From the NCBI GenBank assembly GCA_011364925.1, contig RDOA01000005.1:32001-96000 (forward strand): a DNA stretch of 64,000 bases, given 5' to 3'. The translations under genes were made by a program, and so were the position numbers. The notes under the pieces were generated by a model. It was not told where the DNA came from. It did no database searches and worked only from the letters and a program-made list of their open reading frames with translations. This document shows, one piece after another, positions 1 to 9,685 of the stretch. The stretch's first letter is position 1. Each line of letters begins with the position of its first letter. This DNA comes from Promethearchaeota archaeon. GTDB taxonomy: Archaea > Asgardarchaeota > Lokiarchaeia > Sigyniarchaeales > SOKP01.

Positions 1-688
1 CTTGACCGCCCCCTATGATTATGGGGTTCACTCTCACTCCTTTTTTCATATAAAGCGCGCCGACACCTCGAGGACCATAAATATCATTAGAGGATAAAGT
101 GATTAAATCAATCGGAATCTTTTGCACATCAATTGGAATTACACTTGCACTAGCTACTGCGTCAGTGTGGAAGAGAATTCCTTTCTCTTGAGCCAATTTA
201 CTTATTTCAGCAATGGGTTGAAGTGAGCCAACTTCATTGCTCGCAGTAGCAATCGAAATTAGTATTGTGTCGTCTGAAATAAGTTTCTCAAGCTTTTCTA
301 ATTGGATTATTCCAAACCTATCCACAGCAACTCGACTAACTCGGAATCCTTCTTTTTCAAGATATTTAGCAATGTTCAAAATCGAGATATGCTCAATCTC
401 GGAAATAATAATGTGATTGCCCTTTTTCTTTTGTCTCATTGCCGCTCCGATTATTCCCAAATTGTTAGATTCTGTCGCTCCAGAAGTAAATATAATATCG
501 GAGCGATCAGGTGCATTCACAAAATTCGCAACCATTTCTCGTGACTTCTCTAAAATATCAGTCGCAATATCTCCATCGCAATGTAACGAAGCAGGATTCG
601 CAAATTTTTCGTTAAAATACGGCATCATCTCAGCTATAACTCTATCATCAACTGGTTTTGCCGCTTGATTGTCCAGATAAACGCTCAT
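1..688 (-). CDS. iscS: Cysteine desulfurase family protein (IscS/NifS-like), 3' end runs off the window; absent from ORF track
   Basis: Manual translation: MSVYLDNQAAKPVD...FANPASLH...IIFTSGATESNN...SEIEHISI...FHTDAV...LSSNDIYGPRGVGALY...IIGGGQ. ATG at 688. Confidence 0.9.
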   Translation of the reverse strand, partial: MSVYLDNQAAKPVDDRVIAEMMPYFNEKFANPASLHCDGDIATDILEKSREMVANFVNAPDRSDIIFTSGATESNNLGIIGAAMRQKKKGNHIIISEIEHISILNIAKYLEKEGFRVSRVAVDRFGIIQLEKLEKLISDDTILISIATASNEVGSLQPIAEISKLAQEKGILFHTDAVASASVIPIDVQKIPIDLITLSSNDIYGPRGVGALYMKKGVRVNPIIIGGGQ

Positions 689-718
689 AGTATAAACCTC
701 AATATCTTAAGTATCGTG

Positions 719-970
719 TTATTTCTTTTTCTTAAAGTAAAATATCAGATCGTCTCCATCTTTTAAAAATTCAACTAACTCTGTTCCCGTTCTCTTTGCC
801 CACCTTGTTAAATCTTCTTCTGCAGCTGGATCGTCAGCCAACACTTTAAAACATTGACCGACATCTAAAGTTTCTGAAAAATTTCTGACTTCAAAAAGCG
901 GTTCTGGACAAAATAATCCTCTAGTGTCCAATTCTTCATCGTATTCGATTTCCTTTTTTTCTCCAGACAT
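719..970 (-). CDS. tusA: Sulfurtransferase TusA/SirA family
   Basis: LDTRGLFCPEP motif and ADDPAAEEDL; directly upstream of iscS. Confidence 0.9.
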   Translation of the reverse strand: MSGEKKEIEYDEELDTRGLFCPEPLFEVRNFSETLDVGQCFKVLADDPAAEEDLTRWAKRTGTELVEFLKDGDDLIFYFKKKK

Positions 971-1228
971 CTTAACAACCTTCTCTTACTTTTATATCTT
1001 ATATAAAGATTTTTTGTATTTAGAATTAATTTAATTTCTAATTCTCCTATGAGATATACTTGCCTTAACAAATTAAACATTCTTATTATAAATTAAACAA
1101 CTTTTCCGATAATAAAACTAAGAAAATAAAATCTCATTTAAAACGATGTTATAAATTATAAATCTGTTATTATACTACAATAGGGTTAAGAAGATAAAAG
1201 GATAAAAATAAATTTTTAAGTAAACCAA

Positions 1229-1864
1229 TCAATTTCCAGCTAAATCTTTTATGTGTTTTACACCATCAACCGCATCATCAGCAAAATCGTCGGCTCCAAG
1301 CTTTTTTGCTAGTTCCATATTCAACGGAGCGCCTCCAACTATTAATTTTACTGAACTTCTTAATCCTGCAGCTATTAAAGCCTCATGAACAGCTTTAATT
1401 TGTTCGACAGTCATAGTTAGTAAAGAACTTAATGCTATAATGGTTGCACCAGTTTCTTTTACTTTTTCAACTATAGTATTTTCATCAACATCCATTCCAA
1501 GGTCGACGAGTTCAAATCCACTACTTAATAACAGGGATCCAAGTATGTTCTTACCGATATCGTGATTGTCTCCCTTTACGGTTGCGAGAATAATCTTAGT
1601 TTTATCCACTGATTTGTCAGCAGCAGCTAACGCGGGTTGGAGCACTTTAAAAGCTTCCTTCATTGTTTCCCCAGCAAGCACAAGTTCGGTTAAATAGTAT
1701 TCTTTTTCTTCGTATCGGCGTCCGACTTCATCCATTCCTTTTGTTAAAGCGTTCAGGACATCAAAAGGGTCTTTTCCGTCATCTTCTAAAGCTTCTTTTA
1801 CGGCAGCTTCAATATCATCTACTTCTAATTCGATAATAAGTTCCGTTAATTTCTCAAAATCCAT
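1229..1864 (-). CDS. Methyltransferase corrinoid protein (B12-binding, MtaC/MttC-like)
   Basis: Cap domain followed by GDNHDIGKN (DxHxxG), LSSLLT and IVGGAP. Confidence 0.9.
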   Translation of the reverse strand: MDFEKLTELIIELEVDDIEAAVKEALEDDGKDPFDVLNALTKGMDEVGRRYEEKEYYLTELVLAGETMKEAFKVLQPALAAADKSVDKTKIILATVKGDNHDIGKNILGSLLLSSGFELVDLGMDVDENTIVEKVKETGATIIALSSLLTMTVEQIKAVHEALIAAGLRSSVKLIVGGAPLNMELAKKLGADDFADDAVDGVKHIKDLAGN

Positions 1865-1965
1865 TTCTGACTCTCTTTACTCGATGTATAACCATTTAAT
1901 AATAAAATATCCAACTTAAGATAAATATTTTCTAAATTAATTTAGACAAGTAAGTATAATCATCT

Positions 1966-2100
1966 AAAAAAAAGAGAACGAGAGAAGCCGGAAATTTTAC
2001 CTCATAAAGAGGATTTAACATTTGGGATAAAATTTAGTTCCGTACGTTACCATTTAAATTAGGAAATTAGGGGATATTTTTATTTACGACTTCCTCTCTA
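1966..2100 (-). ncRNA. Candidate ~130-nt sRNA or leader with a terminal stem
   Basis: AAAAGTTTATATA promoter-like motif (2135-2123, minus), end-to-end pairing of 2082-2098 with 1980-1995, T8 run at 1973-1966. Confidence 0.35.
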
Positions 2101-2254
2101 TTAATGAATTATAACATGGCAATATATAAACTTTTGTCTAATTCCTCGAATAAACCTAATATTGCCTATATAATCCGATTTAACCCATAAGAATTTAAAT
2201 AACTAAAAATTATAGAAAGAAGAATTCGAAAAAGAATGTAATAAATGATTAAAA

Positions 2255-3013
2255 ATGGAAAGAGAATTTCTCGAAGAACCCCAAGAAATAGAAGAGATTG
2301 ACTTTTTAGAGGAAATTAAAGCAAACAACCTTATAATTTTAGCGAACGCTTTAACAAAAGATTATGAAATTGGAGATTTCATCGTACGAGCCGTTGATAA
2401 TGTCTCTTTGAGAGTAAAGGAATCTGATTTTGTAATAATAAAGGGTCCGTCTGGTGCTGGCAAAACAACCCTGCTAAATCTAATAGGAGGGCTCGATTCT
2501 CCTAAAAGTGGAGTAGTTTATTCAAATATGGTCAGAATCACTAATTTACAAGAAGAATCTCTTGCAACATTTAGGCTAATTAATGTAGGCTTCATTTTTC
2601 AGAATTACAATCTCATCAGTACTCTAACAGCTGAAGAAAACATAATGTTCCCTATGAAGCTAGCTGGCTTGAGTTTAAAAGAGCAAAGAGAACGAGCAGT
2701 AGATCTTTTAAAAAAGGTGGGTTTAGGGGAGAGAAGAGAACACCTTCCGTTTCAACTTTCAGCAGGAGAGCAGCAAAGAGTAGCAATAGCAAGAGCTTTA
2801 GCAAACAATCCTGAAATAATTTTAGCAGACGAACCTACGGCTAATATAGATAAAGAAACGAGTGTATTTATACGCGATCTCTTTAAAGACATAAAGCAAG
2901 ATAAAAAAACAATTATTATAGCCACTCACGATGATTTTTTGATAGAACTTGCTAATCGGATTATATCATTTGAAGATGGGAAGATAATCAAAGAGGAGAT
3001 AGTCGAAATTTAA
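2255..3013 (+). CDS. ABC transporter ATP-binding protein (LolD/MacB-like)
   Basis: GPSGAGKT, LSAGEQQRVAIARAL, ILADEPT, ATHD. Confidence 0.95.
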   Translation: MEREFLEEPQEIEEIDFLEEIKANNLIILANALTKDYEIGDFIVRAVDNVSLRVKESDFVIIKGPSGAGKTTLLNLIGGLDSPKSGVVYSNMVRITNLQEESLATFRLINVGFIFQNYNLISTLTAEENIMFPMKLAGLSLKEQRERAVDLLKKVGLGERREHLPFQLSAGEQQRVAIARALANNPEIILADEPTANIDKETSVFIRDLFKDIKQDKKTIIIATHDDFLIELANRIISFEDGKIIKEEIVEI

Positions 3014-3027
3014 GTCGAACATTAAAA

Positions 3028-4959
3028 TTGTTAGGAGGGATGAACATTTCGCTTGACTTTGCACTAAAAGATTTCTATAGGAAACGTGAAACGACTTTTT
3101 CTTACACATTAATGATTATATTAGTTATAGCGTTGACAGTATTCTTGATCAATTTTACTTCGGCAATGGGATTCAATGATTTTATAACGTACAGTTATCA
3201 GAATGCTTATTATTTTTCTGGGGGTATTAGTATCGTTTATACTGACTTCACTACGCTTGTTATAAGTTTGATGTTGGTTATGGCTTTTGTGGTAGTGATA
3301 ATCGTAGCTAGCACGTTAATTTATTCGAAAAAACGAGATATAGCAATAATGAAAGCTTTAGGTTCTCTTCCCAGGAAATTATATAGCTTTTATTTAACAG
3401 AGGCATACATTACATTCATTATAGGTTTTGTAATAGGAGGAATATTAGGATTTATTTGCTATGGTATTGTTTCTCTCATAGTTCCAATTATCGGAATTTA
3501 TATTTCATTTCAAGTTGATTTTTTTTATACGCCAATTTTATTTTTTTCTTGTCTTGTAGGAATATATATTGTTCCAGGAGTAATTTTACGGAAATTGGGA
3601 ACCCAAAACACAATTACGTTGTTCTCGAGAGATATTTCACACAATTATAATGCTTCGAAAAAACTATCGTTGATACCAAGATGGATAAGTTCAATCGGAT
3701 ATCATTTTAAGATCTCTGTTATTAATACGATGAGAAGAACAGGGGAATTCAAACGTTATTTGATTGTGTTTTGTATAATATCGCTAATAATTTTCACATT
3801 AGGGATAGGGAGCAGTGTTATCCAAAATTCATCTCAACAATGGATAAAAAAGTCTCAAGGAATAGATATTATCGCTATAGGTCATCAAGACGTAATTCAG
3901 CAGTATACTTTAATGTACTCTATGTTTTCAAATCCAGAAATTATTATTACTGGTAACGATATTGACTTTCTGAGTTCAAATTACATGTTCAATTTTAGTG
4001 AAGTTGCAGACCTCTTGAATATCTCTGAAATTGAGAAGGTAGATCAGCGTTTGATAAGCTTCTTTAATGTTACTGAATTGGATGGATACCACCTTCTTGA
4101 GAATGGTAGGTACATCCTTACAGGACAGTCGCGTAAGGCGTCTATTCCAATCATTGGTATAAATGTTAACGATATAGTGCAGGATTTCGAGATAGAAGGA
4201 AATTATTTTGAGGAGTCTGATCCAATATATATGATAATTGGGGATGGATTAGGTTACAATTTTTTCGATTTCCCTTTAGATCAGAGCATGAGAGTTGAAG
4301 AATTAGGTGCTGGTCACTCATTTCATATTTCGGGGGTGGCGATTGATAGTTTTTATAGTGGGTTCGCAGGGTATATAGATTTACAAGTTATGCAAGGAGA
4401 GTTAAATTTTACTTCGGACGAGATAAATCTACTATTGTTAAAAATCGAGTCTGGCGAATATAATAACATCAAGGGAACAATAGAATCTATTATTAGCAAT
4501 AATCTCGGATTAAACTACAGTGTTATTAGTTTAAGTCAGACTTTCGAGAGTAATTACGCGTTTTTGAATAGCTTAACATTCTATCCTTCTCTTATCATTA
4601 TAATGATGGCTATTATATCAATTCTTTCGTTATATAATTACCAAAAAGGGAGTATATTAGAAAAAGCCAAAGACTTTTTGATTATGAGGGCTATAGGATC
4701 GAAATATAAGTCAATTAAGAGGATTTTATTCCTAGAAGCTCTTTACATACTTATTCCTTCAATTCTCTTAAGCTTGGGTATTGGAATGATCTTGAATTCT
4801 ACAATATTATTGTATCGAGCCTATTTACCTCACATATCAATTCCTTTTATTCTTGGTGGAATCCTCTTTGCTGCTTTTTTAGTTTTTAATTATTTGAGTC
4901 TGTTCCCCATTTTAAGGCGAATAAAGAAGTTTACTATCAAGGACTTTGAAATGTATTAA
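3028..4959 (+). CDS. FtsX/MacB-type ABC permease (probable start ATG 3040)
   Basis: Two permease repeats (KKRDIAIMKALG, KDFLIMRAIG), many TM segments, follows the ATPase; AGGAGG precedes ATG 3040. Confidence 0.85.
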   Translation: MLGGMNISLDFALKDFYRKRETTFSYTLMIILVIALTVFLINFTSAMGFNDFITYSYQNAYYFSGGISIVYTDFTTLVISLMLVMAFVVVIIVASTLIYSKKRDIAIMKALGSLPRKLYSFYLTEAYITFIIGFVIGGILGFICYGIVSLIVPIIGIYISFQVDFFYTPILFFSCLVGIYIVPGVILRKLGTQNTITLFSRDISHNYNASKKLSLIPRWISSIGYHFKISVINTMRRTGEFKRYLIVFCIISLIIFTLGIGSSVIQNSSQQWIKKSQGIDIIAIGHQDVIQQYTLMYSMFSNPEIIITGNDIDFLSSNYMFNFSEVADLLNISEIEKVDQRLISFFNVTELDGYHLLENGRYILTGQSRKASIPIIGINVNDIVQDFEIEGNYFEESDPIYMIIGDGLGYNFFDFPLDQSMRVEELGAGHSFHISGVAIDSFYSGFAGYIDLQVMQGELNFTSDEINLLLLKIESGEYNNIKGTIESIISNNLGLNYSVISLSQTFESNYAFLNSLTFYPSLIIIMMAIISILSLYNYQKGSILEKAKDFLIMRAIGSKYKSIKRILFLEALYILIPSILLSLGIGMILNSTILLYRAYLPHISIPFILGGILFAAFLVFNYLSLFPILRRIKKFTIKDFEMY

Positions 4960-5051
4960 TTATACTTTCGGAAAGAAAAATATTAAAAAACTGACTTTAT
5001 ATACATAATATAAAATTAATATTCCGATTTAAATGGAAAGGTGCGCGAAAA

Positions 5052-6383
5052 TTGACAGTAGAAGAGAAAGATAACTTGGAAAGAAGGACCCGCGAATTAG
5101 AAGATGAATTAAGAAAAAAGGAGAATCAACTTAATACTTACCTTGATAAGATTGAAGGCCTTGAAGTAGAAATTATGAAATACGAGGAAATGTTTGATGA
5201 GAAGGCTCCAAAATCAAAGATGAAGAAAGCAAAAGAAGAAAAATTAAATCTGGAATTGGAAGCAAAAGATCGAGAAATCCGGGAATTAAAAGATCGAATG
5301 GGCTTTTTAAGGAAGGAAAAAATAGAATTACAAAAAAAATTGGATCAAGAAAACAAAAAAACTAGCACCTCTTCTGTGATTAGCGTCGAAGAGTTAAGAG
5401 AAAAGGAGAAAGCACCGTTGAATCTCCTACTTCATGAATTGCAAGATAAAATCAATAAGCAAGATTCGATAATTAGAAGATTAAAGAGTAAAGATATTGG
5501 TAATGATGAGTTTAAAGAAAAATTGACAGAAAAAGACAAGCAAATTGAAATACTCAATAATCAACTTTCCGATTTAAAAGAAAGCTTAGAAAAGAAGCCT
5601 TCTCAAACGGAAGAAAAACCAAAACAGAACAAGGAAGCAATTTCGAAAGGGCTTCTTGAAGAGTTACAGAATTCGCTTAACAAAGTTAAAAGGCAGAACG
5701 AAGAATTAAAGAATAAATTAAGTAAATACGAGAAAAAGGATAAAAAGAAAAAAGATTCAAAGGAAGATAAAGCTACTCAAGAATTAAAAGAAAAAATATC
5801 TCAATTGACTGGAGAATTGGAATATAAAAATAAAGAAATTGAAAGACTGAACACTACTGCGATACATTTGGAAAGCTTATCCGGACCAGATTCGTTAAAA
5901 CAAGTCGTCGAAGAACTAACAAACAAGTTAAATAAATCCAAAACGCAAGTTAACACCCTTAAACAACAATTAAAAGCAGTAGAAAACATTCCTACCGATA
6001 CTCTACCTCAAGGAGATGTCGATAGCAAATTAAAGTATCAACGAGAAATGGCAAGCTTCTTACAACAACAGCTAGATGAAGCAAAACACGCCCTTAAAAC
6101 TAAAGAAGAAGAAATTGCTACTATTAAAAGTGAAGCGATAAGAATAAAAAGAAAGTATGAGGAATTAGATAACCAACTTAAAATGAAAGAAAAAAGAACT
6201 AATGAATTAAAAGCTGACTTGGATTCACTCAAGATGCAAACTCAAAATCAAACTCAAGAAGGAAGGGCAATCAGTCCTGAGTTTAATTTAAGACTAAAAG
6301 AACTTGAAAGTTTGGTTGATGATTTGAGTAAACAAAATATTCAACAGAGGTTAGAAATTTCTCAATTAAGAAAAGGAAAATAA
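5052..6383 (+). CDS. Long coiled-coil protein
   Basis: 443 aa, K/E/L/Q-rich heptads throughout, no TM segment or catalytic motif. Confidence 0.8.
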   Translation: MTVEEKDNLERRTRELEDELRKKENQLNTYLDKIEGLEVEIMKYEEMFDEKAPKSKMKKAKEEKLNLELEAKDREIRELKDRMGFLRKEKIELQKKLDQENKKTSTSSVISVEELREKEKAPLNLLLHELQDKINKQDSIIRRLKSKDIGNDEFKEKLTEKDKQIEILNNQLSDLKESLEKKPSQTEEKPKQNKEAISKGLLEELQNSLNKVKRQNEELKNKLSKYEKKDKKKKDSKEDKATQELKEKISQLTGELEYKNKEIERLNTTAIHLESLSGPDSLKQVVEELTNKLNKSKTQVNTLKQQLKAVENIPTDTLPQGDVDSKLKYQREMASFLQQQLDEAKHALKTKEEEIATIKSEAIRIKRKYEELDNQLKMKEKRTNELKADLDSLKMQTQNQTQEGRAISPEFNLRLKELESLVDDLSKQNIQQRLEISQLRKGK

Positions 6384-6403
6384 TAGAATCCAAATGAAAC
6401 TTT

Positions 6404-7384
6404 ATGGAATTAATCATTTTAGGTTCTTCGGCAGCTATTCCTGTTCGCGAGCGAAACCTACCGTCAACCGCACTTAAATATAAGAATGAACTCATCTTGT
6501 TCGACTGCGGCGAGGATCTGCAAAGAAAATTTGTTGAAGCCGGACTAAAATTCAATAAACCTTTAAAAATATTAATTTCACATTTCCATGGAGACCATAT
6601 AATAGGGCTTCCTGGTCTATTATTTAGGTTTGGCTTAAACCATAGAACTGCCCCTATAACGATTTTTGGACCGAGAAACCTTTACTTATATTTGTATTTA
6701 CATAGAAAAATACTAGGTCTTAAAACGGATTACCCATTAGAGATTATAGAGATAGATAATGAAAGGAATAAATTACTTTTTTACGAAAATATCGACTCTG
6801 AATTCCCAAACAAAGAATTTGACTTAAGCGGGAACGTTATCTATGAAAATAATAAATATACTCTTAATTATGCTAAGGTTCATCATTCTGTTTTGACATT
6901 TGCTTATTCCTTCGTCGAGAAACCACGTCATGGCAAATTTAACCCTGAAAGAGCAACTGAACTTGGAATTCCTCAAAGTAATTTATGGAAGAAATTACAA
7001 GAAGGAGAAACTATTGAATTTGGAGGAAAATTAATCGATCCCTTCAAAGAAGGAATTGTAGGTCCAAAAAGGCCCGGGAGAAAAATAACCTACTCTGGAG
7101 ATACAATCCCTTGCGATAGTCTAATAGAATTGGGAAAAAATTCTGATATTTTAATACATGAAGCAACTTTCTCAAAAGAACTTGCTGATGTCGCTGAAGA
7201 AAAAATGCATTCCACTTCTGTAGATGCTGCAAATGATGCGATAAAAATGGGAGCAAAGCAATTAATTTTAACTCATATATCATCAAGATACCAAGAGGAT
7301 GCCGTAAAATTGTTAGAAGATGCAAAAGAAATATTTTCTAACACATTATTAGCTATAGACTTGATGAGAATATCGTTGGATTAA
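6404..7384 (+). CDS. rnz: Ribonuclease Z
   Basis: LFDCGE, SHFHGDH, flexible arm, YSGDT, HEATF, HST, LTHISSRY. Confidence 0.95.
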   Translation: MELIILGSSAAIPVRERNLPSTALKYKNELILFDCGEDLQRKFVEAGLKFNKPLKILISHFHGDHIIGLPGLLFRFGLNHRTAPITIFGPRNLYLYLYLHRKILGLKTDYPLEIIEIDNERNKLLFYENIDSEFPNKEFDLSGNVIYENNKYTLNYAKVHHSVLTFAYSFVEKPRHGKFNPERATELGIPQSNLWKKLQEGETIEFGGKLIDPFKEGIVGPKRPGRKITYSGDTIPCDSLIELGKNSDILIHEATFSKELADVAEEKMHSTSVDAANDAIKMGAKQLILTHISSRYQEDAVKLLEDAKEIFSNTLLAIDLMRISLD

Positions 7385-7412
7385 AAAGCTTTAGAAAAAT
7401 AAGAAGAAATAG

Positions 7413-7622
7413 TTATATACCCCCAGCAATGTGCGGAAGTATCGTAATGTCGTCTTCAGGAGAAATCTCGGTGTCCTCATTAGCTTTCTTCCCATTTATA
7501 AGAATTCCAAAATATTTCCCTTCTAGATTTAACTCTCGGAGTAAATCTCTAACTAGCATCTTTCTCTCGGGAATAATTGTTTCGATAATACCTGTTTCTA
7601 AAATATCTGCTGTTTGCTTCAA
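7413..7622 (-). CDS. MoaD/ThiS/SAMP-type ubiquitin-like protein ending GG-I
   Basis: ILINGK...DDITILPHIAGGI; GAGGT upstream of TTG start. Confidence 0.85.
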   Translation of the reverse strand: MKQTADILETGIIETIIPERKMLVRDLLRELNLEGKYFGILINGKKANEDTEISPEDDITILPHIAGGI

Positions 7623-7958
7623 TTTGTTTTACCTCATTTAGTAAATTTTACTATTATAAATAAACCCTTTTTAGTATTTAAAATTAATTTAAGAAATCTA
7701 TAAATGTTGATTATTAATACTAAAGATTTTTATCCAGCTCATTTTAGCTCGTTTTTGTAATTCTGGTGAAATCATAGATTTTTATCACTCTATTATTGAA
7801 AATATATGCTTATTTTTTCTTAAATCCAACATTTTTTTATGTGTTTTTTAATTTTAATGCATAAATTTAAGCAAATTTAATTGGGTTGATCTTAGATTCT
7901 TCATGAGGATTCGTTCAGTGATAATATTGATGACCTCGAGGTTATAAGAGAGGCATTA

Positions 7959-9542
7959 ATGCAAATTGAAACAATCAAAAATGAGAAGGAAAAGAACAAT
8001 CTTATTCAAATAACAATTAACGATTCTATCTCGACAGCTTTTGAAATTGCTGATTCTGGAGAATTTTATGAAGCTGGTGAATTTCTATTTTCAATAACGG
8101 AATTGTTAGAAGAGCTCGTCTCTGTTCAATCTAATAAGTTATATAAATTAATAGTAAAGTATTGGAGCAATGCAATTACTGATCTTAAGATTCAAGGAAA
8201 ATTGCACGAGGTTGCAGAAATTTTCTTAAGAATTGCGGATCTTTATGAGAAAATAAACGACGCTAAGTCGTATAGAAAGAATATTATAGGAAGCATCGAA
8301 TACTTAAAGCAAGAAAGCAAAATTTTAAAAGACTTTAATGAAACGAGAAAATTAGCGCAAAATTACGAGAACATAGCTGGGTTATATCTAAAAATCGATA
8401 ATCTAAAAAACGCAATTAAATATTATTTAAGTGTTGTCAATATTGCTAAAGAGCATGAATATTTTGATTTACTATCTTATTCATATAAACAAATCTCGTC
8501 ATGTTATCAAGATTTAGACGAGATTGAAAAATCTAATGGCATTATTTACGACGGGATAGAGTTTTTCTCGATACTTTTACAAACATTTGAAGAGAAAAAT
8601 GATAATCTCGCGATTTCTCAAATTGCACAAGTTTTAAAGTCTCTTTATCAGATCATCGATGACGAAGAGCAATTTGTTAATTACTCTAAAAAAGAAGCTG
8701 GAGCATATATCAATTTAGCGGAAAGATTAGAGAAAAGCAAAGAAAATTACTATAAAATAGCGAGATATTATCGAGGGGCAGCATTATGTTACCAAGAAAT
8801 AAACAATAATTTAATCGAATCAGCTTCTTGTTTTGTATTAGCTGGAAATTACTCTGAAGGAATTGAGGATTTTAACGAAGCAGCAAACAACTTCTTTAAT
8901 GCCGCAGGGACTTTTAAAGAATTAACCAATTTAGAGATGGCATATAAGCATTATGTGAAAGCAGGAGACAATTATTGGAAAGTTGAGAATGTGAACGATT
9001 CCACAGAATGCTATCTGAACGCTTACGACATTGCAGTAGAAGGAAACTTAGAATACAATCGATTTGGTATTTTCAACCAAATAATAAGAGGGTTGAACAT
9101 TATCGCAAAAGAAGGATTAAAGAATAAAGAATTCTATACCGCAGCAACGCTCATAATGGAAAGCATTAAATTTTATCAACAGCTCGATACTGCAAAAGAC
9201 TTTCTAGTTAACGAAATGCTTAAGAATGTGTATCGGTATTACTACCGGGCGGCGAACTTAAAGAAGATTGGCTATTCCCACATCGTTCAATCATATGTAA
9301 TGGCAGCTATCTCTTCTATTCTTAATGGCAAAACTAAAAAAGCACTCGAAATTCTCTCTGAGATAGAATTAGAAGGAAATACAGTAAATAAATATAAAGA
9401 ATTAGTTAAATTAATTATTAAGTGGGTCTCTGAGGGAAAAACAGTAGACTTTGAAAATTTTCCTTACGAACTACAACGAATAATTCAACACTCAGAGGAA
9501 ATAACATATCTTTTAAAATTCTTTAAGGGATACAAACCCTAA
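7959..9542 (+). CDS. TPR/alpha-SNAP-like helical repeat protein
   Basis: Repeated A..Y..AA..Y helices; C-terminal pattern resembles alpha-SNAP. Confidence 0.7.
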   Translation: MQIETIKNEKEKNNLIQITINDSISTAFEIADSGEFYEAGEFLFSITELLEELVSVQSNKLYKLIVKYWSNAITDLKIQGKLHEVAEIFLRIADLYEKINDAKSYRKNIIGSIEYLKQESKILKDFNETRKLAQNYENIAGLYLKIDNLKNAIKYYLSVVNIAKEHEYFDLLSYSYKQISSCYQDLDEIEKSNGIIYDGIEFFSILLQTFEEKNDNLAISQIAQVLKSLYQIIDDEEQFVNYSKKEAGAYINLAERLEKSKENYYKIARYYRGAALCYQEINNNLIESASCFVLAGNYSEGIEDFNEAANNFFNAAGTFKELTNLEMAYKHYVKAGDNYWKVENVNDSTECYLNAYDIAVEGNLEYNRFGIFNQIIRGLNIIAKEGLKNKEFYTAATLIMESIKFYQQLDTAKDFLVNEMLKNVYRYYYRAANLKKIGYSHIVQSYVMAAISSILNGKTKKALEILSEIELEGNTVNKYKELVKLIIKWVSEGKTVDFENFPYELQRIIQHSEEITYLLKFFKGYKP

Positions 9543-9685
9543 AACTTCGAGCTTTTATTCACTATACTTCTGGAAACCATATAAATAAATAGGTCATACT
9601 TTATCATATTTGTATCAAATCGATAATTTATTTATAAGAATTTCATCTTTAAAATTAAATTATCTCTGAATTAAGGGTTTTAAAT

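Noticed and set aside
302-1080. Track ORFs 302-544, 417-668 and 865-1080
   Set aside because: Antisense or off-frame shadows of iscS and tusA
5801-7641. Short overlapping ORFs within the coiled-coil, rnz and SAMP genes
   Set aside because: Shadow frames with no motifs; the same applies to other short overlapping track ORFs such as 23748-24341 and 56371-56727
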